From contig OZ242358.1 of assembly GCA_965208835.1 (NCBI GenBank), positions 1,184,001 through 1,248,000 of the forward strand: DNA of 64,000 nt. The letters run 5' to 3'. Below are positions 28,547 through 39,071 of this stretch, in pieces. The stretch's first letter is position 1. Every line of letters starts with the position of its first letter. The translations under genes were made by a program, and so were the position numbers. The notes beneath the pieces were generated by a model. That model did no database searches and had not been told where the DNA came from. It was given only the letters and a program-made list of their open reading frames with translations. The DNA comes from Candidatus Latescibacterota bacterium. GTDB lineage: Bacteria; Latescibacterota; UBA2968; GCA-2709665.

Positions 28547-31500
28547 TCACAGTGGCAAACAGCAAGCCCACCATGATAGCCACCGCCATCGGCTCCCACA
28601 TCAACCCACCGCCCAGATAGAGGGGGACAAGGCCCAACGTCGTCGTACACGTGGTCAGCAGGATGGGGCGAAAACGCTGCTGAGCCGCGGAGACGATCGC
28701 CTCAATTGACGCCTCTTCAGACCGGTCCAGTTCGATCTGTATGCGGTCTATGAGCACGATCGCGTTGTTTATGACGATACCGGCCAGCGAGATCAATCCG
28801 AGAAAGGCAAAAAAACCAAAGAACGAGCGAAAGATAAGCAATCCGGCAATGACTCCGATTAGACCAAGAGGAATGGTGCTCAGCACGATAAAGGTCTTGC
28901 GGAAGGAATTGAACTGTACGATCAACAGCGCCAGAATGATAAAGCCGGATAGAGGCAGTTTGGCGACCACCGCGCTCATGGCCTCGCTGCTTTGTTCCGA
29001 CTCGCCGCCCAACTCGTAGCGATAGCTCTGCTTCCACGATTTGCTGTCTTCTTCGAGCCACGGGAAGAGTACGTCGGTGATATCCTGCGCCGTAAAACCG
29101 CTCTTAGCGTCGCAGGTCACGGTCAGGGTGCGGTACAGGTCGCGCCGTTTGATCTTGGCGAGTTGCCACACAGGCACGATCTGGGCCACCTGTCCGAGCG
29201 GCACGTTATCGCCGGAACTCTGGGCGTAGATGTTAATGCTCTCCAGTTGGCGCACATCCACATCCTGGCTGCTTTCGTTGAGCAGGATTACGGGGAGACT
29301 CTGATCGCCTTCGCGGAATGCTCCCGTATTGAACCCCGTGAGCGCGGTCTGCAACGAAAGGGCGATATCCTGGTTGGTCAGGCCGGCGTTCCGGGTCCTG
29401 GACTGGTCAATGTCAACGACGACTTTCTTGATCTTTGGTCCCCAATCGTCGCCGATATTCTGCGTGCTTGAGATCTCATTGAGTTTTTGCTTGATGCGCT
29501 CGGCGAGGCCGAACAGCTCGTTTGGATCCGGCCCTGTAATTCGCACGGCCACGTCACTGCCGCCTCCGCCTCCCGCCAACCGCGAAACTCGTATTTTGGC
29601 ATCCGGAAAGGAGCGGAAGCTAAAGGCATCCAGACGGTCAATGACCCACTGGTTGTCGTCGCCCGAACTGGTATTGAGCAACATATGGGCGTACCCCGAG
29701 TTGGCTTCGCCCGACTGATAACCCTGATCGTATGAGGGCGGCCCCTCGCTGACAAAGGTCGCCCAATCCGTTACCCCGCGTTGGCGGTTTTTGCTCACCA
29801 AGAGGCTATCCGAAATATACGACTCGAGCTGTTCCACCCGGGCAGTCGTCGTCTCAATCTTGGTGCCCAGGGGCAAATTCAGATTTACCGTCAATAAGTT
29901 GCGCTCGCTGTCGGGGAAGAAGATGAACGGCAATAAACCAAAGCCGAAGAGCGACAATACAAACAGACCGGCGATGATCCCCATAAATGAATAGGGGCGA
30001 CCAAGGGCCTTGAGGAGCAGCTCTTTATACTGGCTGTTGAGACGATCGATAAAAGTGCTTTTCTCGGATTGGGATGCTTGCCGTTTCACCCGGATGAAAA
30101 ACACCGCCAACAAAGTGACCATGGTTAGGGAGAGTACCCAGGAAGAAAGCAGGGCTATGGTAATCACACTGAAAAGCGGCCCCATCATCTCGCCCATGAT
30201 GGAAGCGGCCAAAAAGAAGGACAAGAACGCGGCTGAAGTGGTCAGCGAAGAGACCAAAAGCGGTACGGCCAGTTCCCGAGCCGATTCAATGGCAGCCTCT
30301 TCGGCGTCGGTGCCCCTTTCCATCTTGACCATGATGGCTTCGGACACCACGATGGCATTATCCACCAGCATGCCCAGCGCCATGATCAACGCCGCCAGCG
30401 ACACCTGATTGAGACCGATATCGAGTATCCCCATGACGAAAAGGGTCGCGACAATGGTCATGGGAATGAGGCTGGCTACCACCAGGCCAGTGCGCAGTCC
30501 CAAAAAGATCAGCATGGACAACAGCACAATGGCGACGCTCTGCAGAAGATTGTTGGTGAAATCGGCGACCGATTTCTCTACCTCAAAGTCCTGGGAAGCC
30601 ACTCTATTGAGGGTTATGCCCAGAGGCAGCCGCGCTTGGTGGAGGGCGGCCAGTTGGTCGATCTCCTCACCCAACTTGATGATGTTGGCCCCTTCGCTGA
30701 GCGCCACCGAGAGCGACAACCCCGGCTGACCGTTGATCTTGAACAGGCGTTGCCGGGGCGTCTCGTAGGTTCGCACGATGCGAGTTACATCGCCAAGGTA
30801 CACGCTCCCGTCCTTGCCCACTGAAATCAACGTCCTCCCCAGTTCGTCCAGGTCGGCGTAACTGCCGGTCGGTTCGAGCACCAGGCGTTCATCCTCCAGG
30901 CTGACCTCGCCGCCGGAAAAAACGATGTTGGTGCTGGCAATGCTGTTCTTGATTTTTTGCGCCGAGAGACCCAAATCGGCCAGCCGGGCGTCGTTGAATT
31001 TCAGGTAGATCCGTTCTTTCTGAATGCCGCTAATCTTGACCCCGGCAGCGTCTGGCAGCTTTATCAGGTCGTCTCTCAGGTCCTTTGCGTAGGACTCCAG
31101 TTCAGCAAAGGTGAAACCATCCCCGGTCAGACCGATCACGATGCCGTACACCACCCCGACCCCATCGTCCTTGACCTCGGGTCCACGGATGCCTTCGGGC
31201 AGGTCCGGGCGGATGGTCTCAATCTTGCGGCGCAGACGGTCCCATACGGCCTGCAGTTCTTCCGGATGTACTTCCTGTTTGAGTGCTACCGAAACGACTG
31301 ACAGCCCCGTCCGCGATTCACTCGTGACGGTATTCAGCTCGGGCAATTCTTGCGCGGCTTCTTCGATCCTGCTGGTGATCAGGGCTTCGACTCGCTCGGG
31401 ACCTGCACCGGGAAATCCAGTCACAACCGACGCGACTCGGACGGTATAAGGGGGCATACTGTCGCGTGGCATCGTCTGATAGCCGGCGATGCCCAGCAGC

Positions 31501-31565
31501 GCAACGACGAGCAATACCACGATGGTGGCGCGGTTGTTTTCCAGGGCAATTCGGGCCAGGTTCAT
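28491..31565 (-). CDS. RND efflux transporter permease (AcrB/AcrD/AcrF family)
   Basis: 1024 aa; FPGAGPERVE, GMLVDNAIVV, GIVINNAIVL, RFRPILLT. Confidence 0.95.
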   Translation of the reverse strand: MNLARIALENNRATIVVLLVVALLGIAGYQTMPRDSMPPYTVRVASVVTGFPGAGPERVEALITSRIEEAAQELPELNTVTSESRTGLSVVSVALKQEVHPEELQAVWDRLRRKIETIRPDLPEGIRGPEVKDDGVGVVYGIVIGLTGDGFTFAELESYAKDLRDDLIKLPDAAGVKISGIQKERIYLKFNDARLADLGLSAQKIKNSIASTNIVFSGGEVSLEDERLVLEPTGSYADLDELGRTLISVGKDGSVYLGDVTRIVRTYETPRQRLFKINGQPGLSLSVALSEGANIIKLGEEIDQLAALHQARLPLGITLNRVASQDFEVEKSVADFTNNLLQSVAIVLLSMLIFLGLRTGLVVASLIPMTIVATLFVMGILDIGLNQVSLAALIMALGMLVDNAIVVSEAIMVKMERGTDAEEAAIESARELAVPLLVSSLTTSAAFLSFFLAASIMGEMMGPLFSVITIALLSSWVLSLTMVTLLAVFFIRVKRQASQSEKSTFIDRLNSQYKELLLKALGRPYSFMGIIAGLFVLSLFGFGLLPFIFFPDSERNLLTVNLNLPLGTKIETTTARVEQLESYISDSLLVSKNRQRGVTDWATFVSEGPPSYDQGYQSGEANSGYAHMLLNTSSGDDNQWVIDRLDAFSFRSFPDAKIRVSRLAGGGGGSDVAVRITGPDPNELFGLAERIKQKLNEISSTQNIGDDWGPKIKKVVVDIDQSRTRNAGLTNQDIALSLQTALTGFNTGAFREGDQSLPVILLNESSQDVDVRQLESINIYAQSSGDNVPLGQVAQIVPVWQLAKIKRRDLYRTLTVTCDAKSGFTAQDITDVLFPWLEEDSKSWKQSYRYELGGESEQSSEAMSAVVAKLPLSGFIILALLIVQFNSFRKTFIVLSTIPLGLIGVIAGLLIFRSFFGFFAFLGLISLAGIVINNAIVLIDRIQIELDRSEEASIEAIVSAAQQRFRPILLTTCTTTLGLVPLYLGGGLMWEPMAVAIMVGLLFATVITLLFVPVLYKILFAVEN

Positions 31566-31593
31566 AGCAAATTCCGTTCAGGACGGTTCCGTC

Positions 31594-32724
31594 TCATTGT
31601 TGCAAGAGGCGCACCTTCATACCGTTCAACAGCGATCTGAGGCCAGCGGTCGCGACCAGCTCCCGGTCGGAGAGGCCGTGTTCCACGACAAAACCGTCTG
31701 CCAGCAAACTGCCGACACGAATTGGCCGACGGCGAACCGTCCCCACGCCATTTTCGACACCGTCTATGACAAATACATATTGGCCGTTGGCGTCTTCGCC
31801 AACCGCTTTAACGGGCACCACGAGCGGGTCCTCCGACGGCTCGCCTGCGCCGAAGCTGAATTCCACATCACCGGCCATGCCGGGCCGGATGGACCGGGAC
31901 GGCGCGTCGAGTTGAACAATGACCGGATATGTACTGGAGGCACCGAGCGCGTATGCAATCTCGCGGACCCGGGCCGAAAAATCCACTCCCGGCAGTGCTG
32001 AAAAACGTACGCGCGCGTGCTGTCCGGTCCGGATCTGGGCGATATAACCCTCGGGGACCCCTACCTCCATTTCAATATCCTCGCCGGCGCTCAATTCCAC
32101 CAGGGGCGCGCCAGCCTGGATTACTTCGTTGACCGCGCTGTGTACCACGGTGACGATGCCGGCGATAGGGGCATATATCTCATTGTATCTTAGCTGGCGC
32201 GCCTGCAAATCCAGACTCTTTTGCGCCGATTCGTAACTGGAAGTGGCCGAGGCAAATCCGTTTTTGGCCTGCTCGTACTCGGCGAGGGAAACATTGTCGG
32301 CCTGGTAGAGTTGACGCACGCGTATTAGCCTGGATTGAGCATTGGCCTTTTGCACGCTGGCGCTTTCAAGCGCAGCCCTTGCCCGCTGATGCGCGAGAAC
32401 CGCATCCCGGTTATCGAGCATGGCAATGCGCTGCCCCGCCTTGACCTGGTCGCCCACCTTAACGCCTAGCGATTCGATGAGACCACCGGTTCTGAAGCTG
32501 AGCCTGGCTTCTATGCCGGCTTTGGCTGTGCCGGCAAATCGCTGGCTCTGGACGGCGCTGGCGGGTCGGACTTCGGCGTATTTTACCGGGCGAACGGGTT
32601 CGGCAACCTGTGGTTCGTCGCCGCAGCCGGTCCACATGCCCGTCGCTAAGAGAAGGGCCCACGCAGCTCTTCCTATTCCGGGACAGAACACCGGTTTTCG
32701 CTTTGACATGAACCCTCGCTTCAT
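31594..32724 (-). CDS. RND periplasmic adaptor (membrane fusion protein)
   Basis: Lipobox-like WTGC, VRPVK, LSFRTGG..VKVGD, APIAG, RPGMAG; ATGA overlap with the TolC stop. Confidence 0.92.
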   Translation of the reverse strand: MKRGFMSKRKPVFCPGIGRAAWALLLATGMWTGCGDEPQVAEPVRPVKYAEVRPASAVQSQRFAGTAKAGIEARLSFRTGGLIESLGVKVGDQVKAGQRIAMLDNRDAVLAHQRARAALESASVQKANAQSRLIRVRQLYQADNVSLAEYEQAKNGFASATSSYESAQKSLDLQARQLRYNEIYAPIAGIVTVVHSAVNEVIQAGAPLVELSAGEDIEMEVGVPEGYIAQIRTGQHARVRFSALPGVDFSARVREIAYALGASSTYPVIVQLDAPSRSIRPGMAGDVEFSFGAGEPSEDPLVVPVKAVGEDANGQYVFVIDGVENGVGTVRRRPIRVGSLLADGFVVEHGLSDRELVATAGLRSLLNGMKVRLLQQ

Positions 32725-35093
32725 TGTGAACGCTTCCTTACGGAGAAGAAGGTCTCCAGGCGCCCGATAAAGGCTTCCCGCTCCTCTGAAGTCATGAACA
32801 TGGTGTAGCCTCCAATGCTGTTTTCCAGCTGCAGATAGCTGACCAGGTATTCGTAAACGGCCGCGGCTTCGGCCTGACGGGCCGAAAGGGCGACGCGCTG
32901 GGCATCCACAAGTTGGGCGATCTCCAGTTGCCCATTTTGATAGGCGTTCTGAACCAGGTCATAGTTCTTCCCGGCGCTCTCAGCCGCCACGCCGGCAAAG
33001 TGAATATTCGTGCGCCTGGATACCAGGTTCGTCATCCGCACCCGGACGGCCTGCGAGAGCTGCTGGCGCAAACTTTCCTCCTGAAGGCGGAGTTGCTGCT
33101 GCTGTATCTCGGTCTTGTCGATGTCGATCTTACGCTTATTGCCCTGAAAGAGGGGATAGGTGAAGTTAAGGGCCAGGTTCCAGGTGCCTCTGGCAGGATC
33201 GGCGGAGGCCGTCGGCATTCCCTTGCCGCCCCGCCAGAAAGTGTAGTCGGCCTGTCCGCGCAAGGCCACGGAAGGCAGGTAGTACAGCCGGCGATTCATC
33301 TGCTGCTGGCGTTCGGCAGCTTTCATATTGGCCGCCAGCTGTTTGAGCGAAGGCATGTTCTGCAGAGCCTCTTCGACGAGAAAGTCGGTGAGGATTTCCA
33401 CGTCGCCTGCCCGGTCGATCAGCGGACCGATGCGGGCCGGGTCGAAGCGGTCGAAGAGTGCGTCAGAGAGCCGGGCGTCCTCCACCTCGAACTCCTCGCC
33501 GATATCCGTCCGGTTGAGCAATCGGTTGAGTTGTACTCTGGCCAGATAGACGTTGTTGAACGCCTCAATTGACGCTTGGGTGGCCCTGGCCACTTCACTC
33601 TCCCAACGGTATACATCGGCGACGCCGGCATAGCCGACCGAATTTCTGGTTCGGGCAATCTTAAGATTGCGGCGAGAGACCTCGAGGTTTTCATCCTGGA
33701 TGCGCGCCCCGGTCTTGGCCAGAAGGATATCGAAATAGGATGTGGCAAGATTCAGCACCACGTCGAGCGCGACCAGATCGGCGCGATGTCGGACGGCTTC
33801 GGCCAGGTAACGCTGTATTTCGACGTTGGCGAAGGCCGGTTCCGAAAATATCACCTGCTGTACAGTCCCCGTTCCCGTTATAGTCCGCTCCGGCTGTTGA
33901 CCACGAGCCGCTTCGGCGACGTCGGGATCGATCTGCAAGATCGTGGTCGAGGCGTCTACGGTGGGAAGGAGGGGTGATCTGGCTCGGCGGATGTCCTGAT
34001 CGGCCAAATCAACGCTGCGTTTTTCGAGACGCAGGTCGAGGTTGGTCTTCAAACCCTCCGCGATGACTTCCCTCAGGCTTAAACGTCGATCGGCCGCGGG
34101 TTCGTCGACCTGAAGGAAGCGGGCGGAAAACAGCGTTTCAAAGGGGAGGTCGAGACCGATTCGTCGGACCGTTGCCGCATTCAGTACCCATTGATCGTCG
34201 AGATTGCGCCGTACCGGCATCGCCGCAAGATCCTCTCCCAGCACCACTGCCTCGACAATCAGGGCCAGACTGCGGATGATCAGATCCTGGCCGTTCTCGT
34301 TGCCGATGCACGCCATCATCCCCGCATCCACAAAAGACCGGCTCAGGGCAAAGGATGGCAGTTTGCGATCGACAAGGAATGCCGCCAACCGGGAGACTTC
34401 ATCGGGCGTCCTGTCCAGGACCATCGCCAGGTAGACGGAGTCGACTGCGTCGCTCAGCGTCGGCAGGCCCTCTTCTGAACTCCAGAAAACCAATTCCAAC
34501 TCAGCCCCGTAGGCGGTTACCAGATGTCCTAAAAAACTCTCCAGTCCCGGCCTGTCTCTCAGGGATCCGCTGGCGATGACGGCCAGATGTCGAAACGGAT
34601 GGATGCGTCTGAACGCCTCCAGATCTTTTCGGAGCGGATGTGTGCTGAGGACATAGGTGAAATTGCCTATGCCGGAGATGCCGGGCTCCACGAGAGGAAT
34701 CTGTTGCATTTCGGCGTCCAGTATCCCAACGGCAATCGTTGGCTTCTGAAAGTCTCCGTGGGCGGTCAGAATCCCTGCGCTTGCGGGCCCGACCGCGATA
34801 ATCATATCGACCGCCGTGTCATTGACCAACGAAAGATAGTCTGCGAGCTCAGCCGAAAAGTGGATGTGCTCGGAGAGAAAGTAGACTGACTTTTCGGTCC
34901 CCAGTACTTTATGTATTTCCTCCTTCAAGTAAACGAGCTTGTTCCCGGTGCCGATGGCGGGCGCCGAAAAATCAAGTAGCAAGCCTATATGGAGGTCGCG
35001 TTTGTCGATCTGAGCCTGGGCCGGACATGACGGCCACATCAGCACAAGAATGACAATGACCGCTATAGCAATTCGTAGCATCGGGAGACTCAC
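32721..35093 (-). CDS. TolC-family outer-membrane factor with N-terminal ABC-substrate-binding-like domain
   Basis: C-terminal ~450 aa of OEP repeats (LSLREVI..GL..N, LLPTV, YYLPSV, YQNG...LVDAQ); ~330 aa periplasmic N-terminal extension. Confidence 0.82.
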   Translation of the reverse strand: MSLPMLRIAIAVIVILVLMWPSCPAQAQIDKRDLHIGLLLDFSAPAIGTGNKLVYLKEEIHKVLGTEKSVYFLSEHIHFSAELADYLSLVNDTAVDMIIAVGPASAGILTAHGDFQKPTIAVGILDAEMQQIPLVEPGISGIGNFTYVLSTHPLRKDLEAFRRIHPFRHLAVIASGSLRDRPGLESFLGHLVTAYGAELELVFWSSEEGLPTLSDAVDSVYLAMVLDRTPDEVSRLAAFLVDRKLPSFALSRSFVDAGMMACIGNENGQDLIIRSLALIVEAVVLGEDLAAMPVRRNLDDQWVLNAATVRRIGLDLPFETLFSARFLQVDEPAADRRLSLREVIAEGLKTNLDLRLEKRSVDLADQDIRRARSPLLPTVDASTTILQIDPDVAEAARGQQPERTITGTGTVQQVIFSEPAFANVEIQRYLAEAVRHRADLVALDVVLNLATSYFDILLAKTGARIQDENLEVSRRNLKIARTRNSVGYAGVADVYRWESEVARATQASIEAFNNVYLARVQLNRLLNRTDIGEEFEVEDARLSDALFDRFDPARIGPLIDRAGDVEILTDFLVEEALQNMPSLKQLAANMKAAERQQQMNRRLYYLPSVALRGQADYTFWRGGKGMPTASADPARGTWNLALNFTYPLFQGNKRKIDIDKTEIQQQQLRLQEESLRQQLSQAVRVRMTNLVSRRTNIHFAGVAAESAGKNYDLVQNAYQNGQLEIAQLVDAQRVALSARQAEAAAVYEYLVSYLQLENSIGGYTMFMTSEEREAFIGRLETFFSVRKRSQ

Positions 35094-35571
35094 TCAAACC
35101 GCTGGAAAGAGACAGAATAAACCGCAAATAACCGGTGTTCGGTCGCCGGGTAACGCTTGTGGGCTGCTCAAGATCGCTGCCGGCTACAGGAACGGAAGTT
35201 TTCCGGACGCAGACGGGCGGGGCAATCGCAGAGTCATCGCCCGCCTACTCGACGATATTCATCCAGGTTCGGGCGTCGAAGCCTTAACCGTCAGATCCGC
35301 TGGCGCGACTGTGCATGCTTAGTCTTGGGGGAGCACGATGGGTATACGACGGAGTTTTCGACATGAAACTAAAGATAGCCGGTTCTGTCAATCGAATTTC
35401 CTTTCTTGAAATGCATTTTACCTGCGAGGTGCCCCAGGATGCGCAGCAGATGAAGTTCCGAGGTCCCCGACGGGGGACGTTTCTGTTTGCCGTTAGGACC
35501 GTTAAGGGTTATTTTTATAATGACTTATTCAACGCAACGTCGTTCATTAACGCGATGGGAGAGCGTCTGGG

Positions 35572-36357
35572 GTGACGTTCCACGAAGCGTTACTTCTGGG
35601 AATTGTGCAGGGACTGTCCGAATTCCTGCCGGTGAGCAGTTCCGGGCATCTCGTGCTGGGGCAGGCGCTGCTGGGAATGCAGTCCGGAGACCTGGTTTTC
35701 GAGGTGATTGTCCACTTCGGCACATTGCTCGCAGTGCTCACGGTACTTGGGGACCGGATAAGAGCACTGGCAGCCGGCTGCGTCCGGCGGGACCCCGCGT
35801 CCTGGCGCTTGGTGCTGCTGTTGTCTGTCGGCACCATACCGGCCGGCGCCGTCGGGTTTTTTTTCGAGGACTACCTCGCGCTGGCGTTTCAAAGCCCCGC
35901 CGCGGCGGCCGGTTGCCTCGGGGCAACGGGCGCGGTCCTCTGGAGTACACGTTACGTTACGCGCAGCCGCGAAGAAATCGGGGTCGGCGATGCATTGATC
36001 ATCGGGTTCGCGCAGGCGTTTGCGATACTGCCCGGGATTTCGCGCTCGGGCCTTACCATCTGTGCCGGGCTATGGAGAGGCATCGACGGCCGGGAAGCGG
36101 CGTCTTTTTCCTTCCTGCTTTCGATCCCCGTGATCCTCGGCGCGACCGTGTTGAAGGCGGACGGCCTCATCGCCGATCCGCCCGAATGGAACGTCGCCGG
36201 TCCACTGCTCATCGGTCTGATTGCCGCATTCATTTCGGGCGTGATTGCAATCCGGTGGCTGTTCGCCCTGTTGCAGGGCGGCCGGTTGGACCGGTTTTCG
36301 TACTATTGCTGGGCGATTGGTTTTACGGCGTTGACGGTATTTTGCCTGGGTAACTGA
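35572..36357 (+). CDS. uppP: Undecaprenyl-diphosphate phosphatase
   Basis: GIVQGLSEFLPVSSSGHL and PGISRSG signature motifs. Confidence 0.95.
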   Translation: MTFHEALLLGIVQGLSEFLPVSSSGHLVLGQALLGMQSGDLVFEVIVHFGTLLAVLTVLGDRIRALAAGCVRRDPASWRLVLLLSVGTIPAGAVGFFFEDYLALAFQSPAAAAGCLGATGAVLWSTRYVTRSREEIGVGDALIIGFAQAFAILPGISRSGLTICAGLWRGIDGREAASFSFLLSIPVILGATVLKADGLIADPPEWNVAGPLLIGLIAAFISGVIAIRWLFALLQGGRLDRFSYYCWAIGFTALTVFCLGN

Positions 36358-36368
36358 AGGGACTCTCT

Positions 36369-36764
36369 ATGCGAATGGCGATAGGTCTTGTTGTCCTGAT
36401 CGTATTGGCCGGGTGCGGGAGAAATCCGAAAGGATTGCAGGCCGAAGAACTGTCGAACATGCTGTCGATAACGAACCTGTCCGCGCAACCGGTGTACAAT
36501 CAGGCTGCGCCGCCGCTGATTGTCGCGGTGCGGATCGACGCGGACGTGGTGCACGTTGGGGACGTGCCGATCGAAGAGCCGTTTGTGCTGACGTGGCGGC
36601 TGGTGGACGATCAGAACGATACCGTGGGGCAGACGTCGAGACGACTCGAGGGAAATATGGAGCCGGGCGACGTCAGGCGCGTGGCGTTGACCGTGGAGTT
36701 CGAGGCCCGGGAAAGTGTCGCAGGACTCAGGAACGTGGCGACGTTTGATCCCGTATCCGGTTAG
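36369..36764 (+). CDS. Small lipoprotein of unknown function
   Basis: Signal peptide with LAGC lipobox; stop TAG is part of the repeat C1 target duplication. Confidence 0.65.
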   Translation: MRMAIGLVVLIVLAGCGRNPKGLQAEELSNMLSITNLSAQPVYNQAAPPLIVAVRIDADVVHVGDVPIEEPFVLTWRLVDDQNDTVGQTSRRLEGNMEPGDVRRVALTVEFEARESVAGLRNVATFDPVSG

Positions 36765-37088
36765 CAGTCCGTTGAGAAAGTCGCTCTGCAGGCGAGGCAT
36801 GGTGTCCCGTCCCGGAAAAATGTCACCATTCATCCGCCGATTCATCCCGTCTGGCGGCGTTGCCTTCGCTCGGCGACCACGGACAGGTCTCCTTGCTCAG
36901 GCGCCTTGCCAGCCGGCCGACTCGGCGGTCGAATTTCGGCAATCTATTTCCGGGACAGAACACTTGCCATTGTGGTTGAAGACAAGGCGCGTGAACGAGT
37001 CCCATCCGTCGATTCGGCGAGGGAGCGCAACGCAGTATTTCGTCCGCCAGGGCCGGCCGCAGCCCGGATGGACTTTTTCAACGGGCTG
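36765..37088. mobile_element. MITE-like repeat family C, copy 1 (interrupted by a family B element)
   Basis: TIRs CAGTCCGTTGAGAAAG...CTTTTTCAACGGGCTG, TTAG/TTAG duplication. Without the B insert it matches the reverse complement of 47461-47620. Confidence 0.88.
36802..36963 (+). mobile_element. MITE-like repeat family B, copy 2 (nested)
   Basis: 162 bp, GTGTCCCGTCCC...GGGACAGAACAC. Confidence 0.88.
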
Positions 37089-37206
37089 TTAGGCCAGAAT
37101 TGCCTTGATTGCGGGTTCCGGATGTGGTATTTTCCGATCCGTCCTTACACACAATGATTCCGACTCCGGCGACGTTGCCGGGTTTTTTTCGCCTGGAACT
37201 GAACGA

Positions 37207-37923
37207 ATGGAACTCTACATCATCCGGCACGGGCAGTCTGCGAATAATGCGACGGCGGACGTCGGTCAGCGTGTCTGCGACCCGCCGCTCACGGAAATCG
37301 GCGAAGCGCAGGCCGAACGGCTGGCCCGCTACCTGGCCTCGGCCGGAGAAGGGGTTGAGGAAATCCACGTCGCCGGGATGCAGCAGAATTGCGGCGGTTT
37401 TGTCTTCGACCGGATATTTTCGAGCCCGATGCTGCGGGCGATACAGACATCGGCGCCGGTAGGAAAGGCGCTGGGGGTCCGCCCCGAAATCTGGATCGAT
37501 ATTCACGAAGAGGGCGGCATCTGGCTGGATGAGGGGGACGGCAGGGGAGAGGTGGGATATCCCGGTCTCACGGCGAGTGAAATCAACTCGCGGTTCCCGG
37601 AGTTCGATGTACCCGAAGCGGTCACGGACCAGGGCTGGTGGAACCGGCCGCCGGAGATAAAGGAGGAGTGGCAGGCGCGGGCGAGGACGGTGGCATCCGT
37701 AATCCACGATCAATTTGCCGGTACCGAGGAACGGATAGCGCTGGTTTGCCACGGCGGATTCGCCAACGACCTGCTCCACGCCGTTTTTGCGGGTATGCCG
37801 GACGCCGTTTATTTCCAAAGCCCCAACACGGCCATCAGCCGCCTGGATTTCGATGGCGAGGGCCGGGTGCAGATGCGGTATCTGGCTCGCGTGGCTCATC
37901 TTACGCCGGAACTAACTACGTGA
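37207..37923 (+). CDS. Histidine phosphatase (phosphoglycerate-mutase-like) family protein
   Basis: IIRHGQS, LTEIG..QA, SSPMLRA.QT, VCHGG. Confidence 0.9.
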   Translation: MELYIIRHGQSANNATADVGQRVCDPPLTEIGEAQAERLARYLASAGEGVEEIHVAGMQQNCGGFVFDRIFSSPMLRAIQTSAPVGKALGVRPEIWIDIHEEGGIWLDEGDGRGEVGYPGLTASEINSRFPEFDVPEAVTDQGWWNRPPEIKEEWQARARTVASVIHDQFAGTEERIALVCHGGFANDLLHAVFAGMPDAVYFQSPNTAISRLDFDGEGRVQMRYLARVAHLTPELTT

Positions 37924-37988
37924 GAGATCGGGCCACGAAACGCAGAACGTAAATCATCCACTATTCATTAACGTCGAGGTGTCTGAAT

Positions 37989-38996
37989 ATGGCAACATCC
38001 GAAGTGATTCTTTCCGGATTTGCGGATGAGGGTCCGGTGAGCAAACGGGCCGAAGAGCAACTGACAATGATGTCCGCGCTCGGCCTATCCTATTACACGA
38101 TCCGGTTCATCGATCTCGGCAACGGCGTGAAGAACGTCATGGAGCTTTCAGACGAAGAAGTACAACGGCTTCAGGACCTGCACGGCGCGTTTCAGGTCGG
38201 CGTGTCGAGCGTGGGATCTCCCCTCGGTAAGGTCAAGCTCGTCGACGAGGACGACGGCACACAGAACCGGTACGTCCCGTTTGAATCCTATCTGAAAAAC
38301 GATGTTCAGCGGGCTATCGACCTGGCTCACGCCTTCGATACCAAACTGCTGCGGGGGTTCAGCTATTACCATCCACACGGGCAGGATCCATGGCCGTACC
38401 TGGACCAGGCCGCGGATCAACTCGGACAGATTGTCGAGAAATGCGCTTCTGCAGGCGTGGTTTACGGTATGGAGGTGGAGGCCGACCTGGTTGGCGGGGA
38501 CGGGGACACGTTGATCGCATTGTATGAAAAAGTCAACAGTCCCAATGTCTGCATCATTCCGGACGTGGGAAACATGGAATCCAGCGGTCACAGTCCGGAC
38601 AGCGCATACGAGCACTACGTCAAGATGAAGCCCGGCGTGGGGTGGATACACATCAAGGGTTTCAACAATCCGTCGAACCAGGGTATGCTGGATGCGGCCG
38701 GGGAGCGGGGATTGACCCGGTTCATCCCGGTGGACCGGGGCGATTCGGGCCACGAGCAGGTGCTGCGGGATTTCCGGACGCTGGTGCCTGAGATTCACGA
38801 GCGCCTGTCTCCGCTGGGTGTGCCGGGCGTATTCGTGGACCTGGAGCCGCACGTGAAGGGCGGCGGCCAGTTCGGCGGCGTCAGCGGCGTGGACGGGTTC
38901 GGCGTGGCATTTCGAAGTCTCTGCCGCCTTCTGGATTACCTGGAATTCGACTATCGTCTGACGGGCTACGAAGATATCTCAAATCCCGCGTCGTAA
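37989..38996 (+). CDS. Sugar phosphate isomerase/epimerase (xylose-isomerase-like TIM barrel)
   Basis: LSGFADE, VGSPLGK, DVGN, IHIK, LEPH. Confidence 0.8.
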   Translation: MATSEVILSGFADEGPVSKRAEEQLTMMSALGLSYYTIRFIDLGNGVKNVMELSDEEVQRLQDLHGAFQVGVSSVGSPLGKVKLVDEDDGTQNRYVPFESYLKNDVQRAIDLAHAFDTKLLRGFSYYHPHGQDPWPYLDQAADQLGQIVEKCASAGVVYGMEVEADLVGGDGDTLIALYEKVNSPNVCIIPDVGNMESSGHSPDSAYEHYVKMKPGVGWIHIKGFNNPSNQGMLDAAGERGLTRFIPVDRGDSGHEQVLRDFRTLVPEIHERLSPLGVPGVFVDLEPHVKGGGQFGGVSGVDGFGVAFRSLCRLLDYLEFDYRLTGYEDISNPAS

Positions 38997-39071
38997 GTCG
39001 TCGCGGGCCGACAACGCCAGGGGTGCGTGTCTCGCGTCCCTGGCCTTTTTGCTTTTCAGACCGAGGTCTCA

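Noticed and set aside
32674-32691. TATTCCGGGACAGAACAC resembling the family B right end inside the MFP signal region
   Set aside because: Single end only, no internal homology or partner end; chance or an old remnant.
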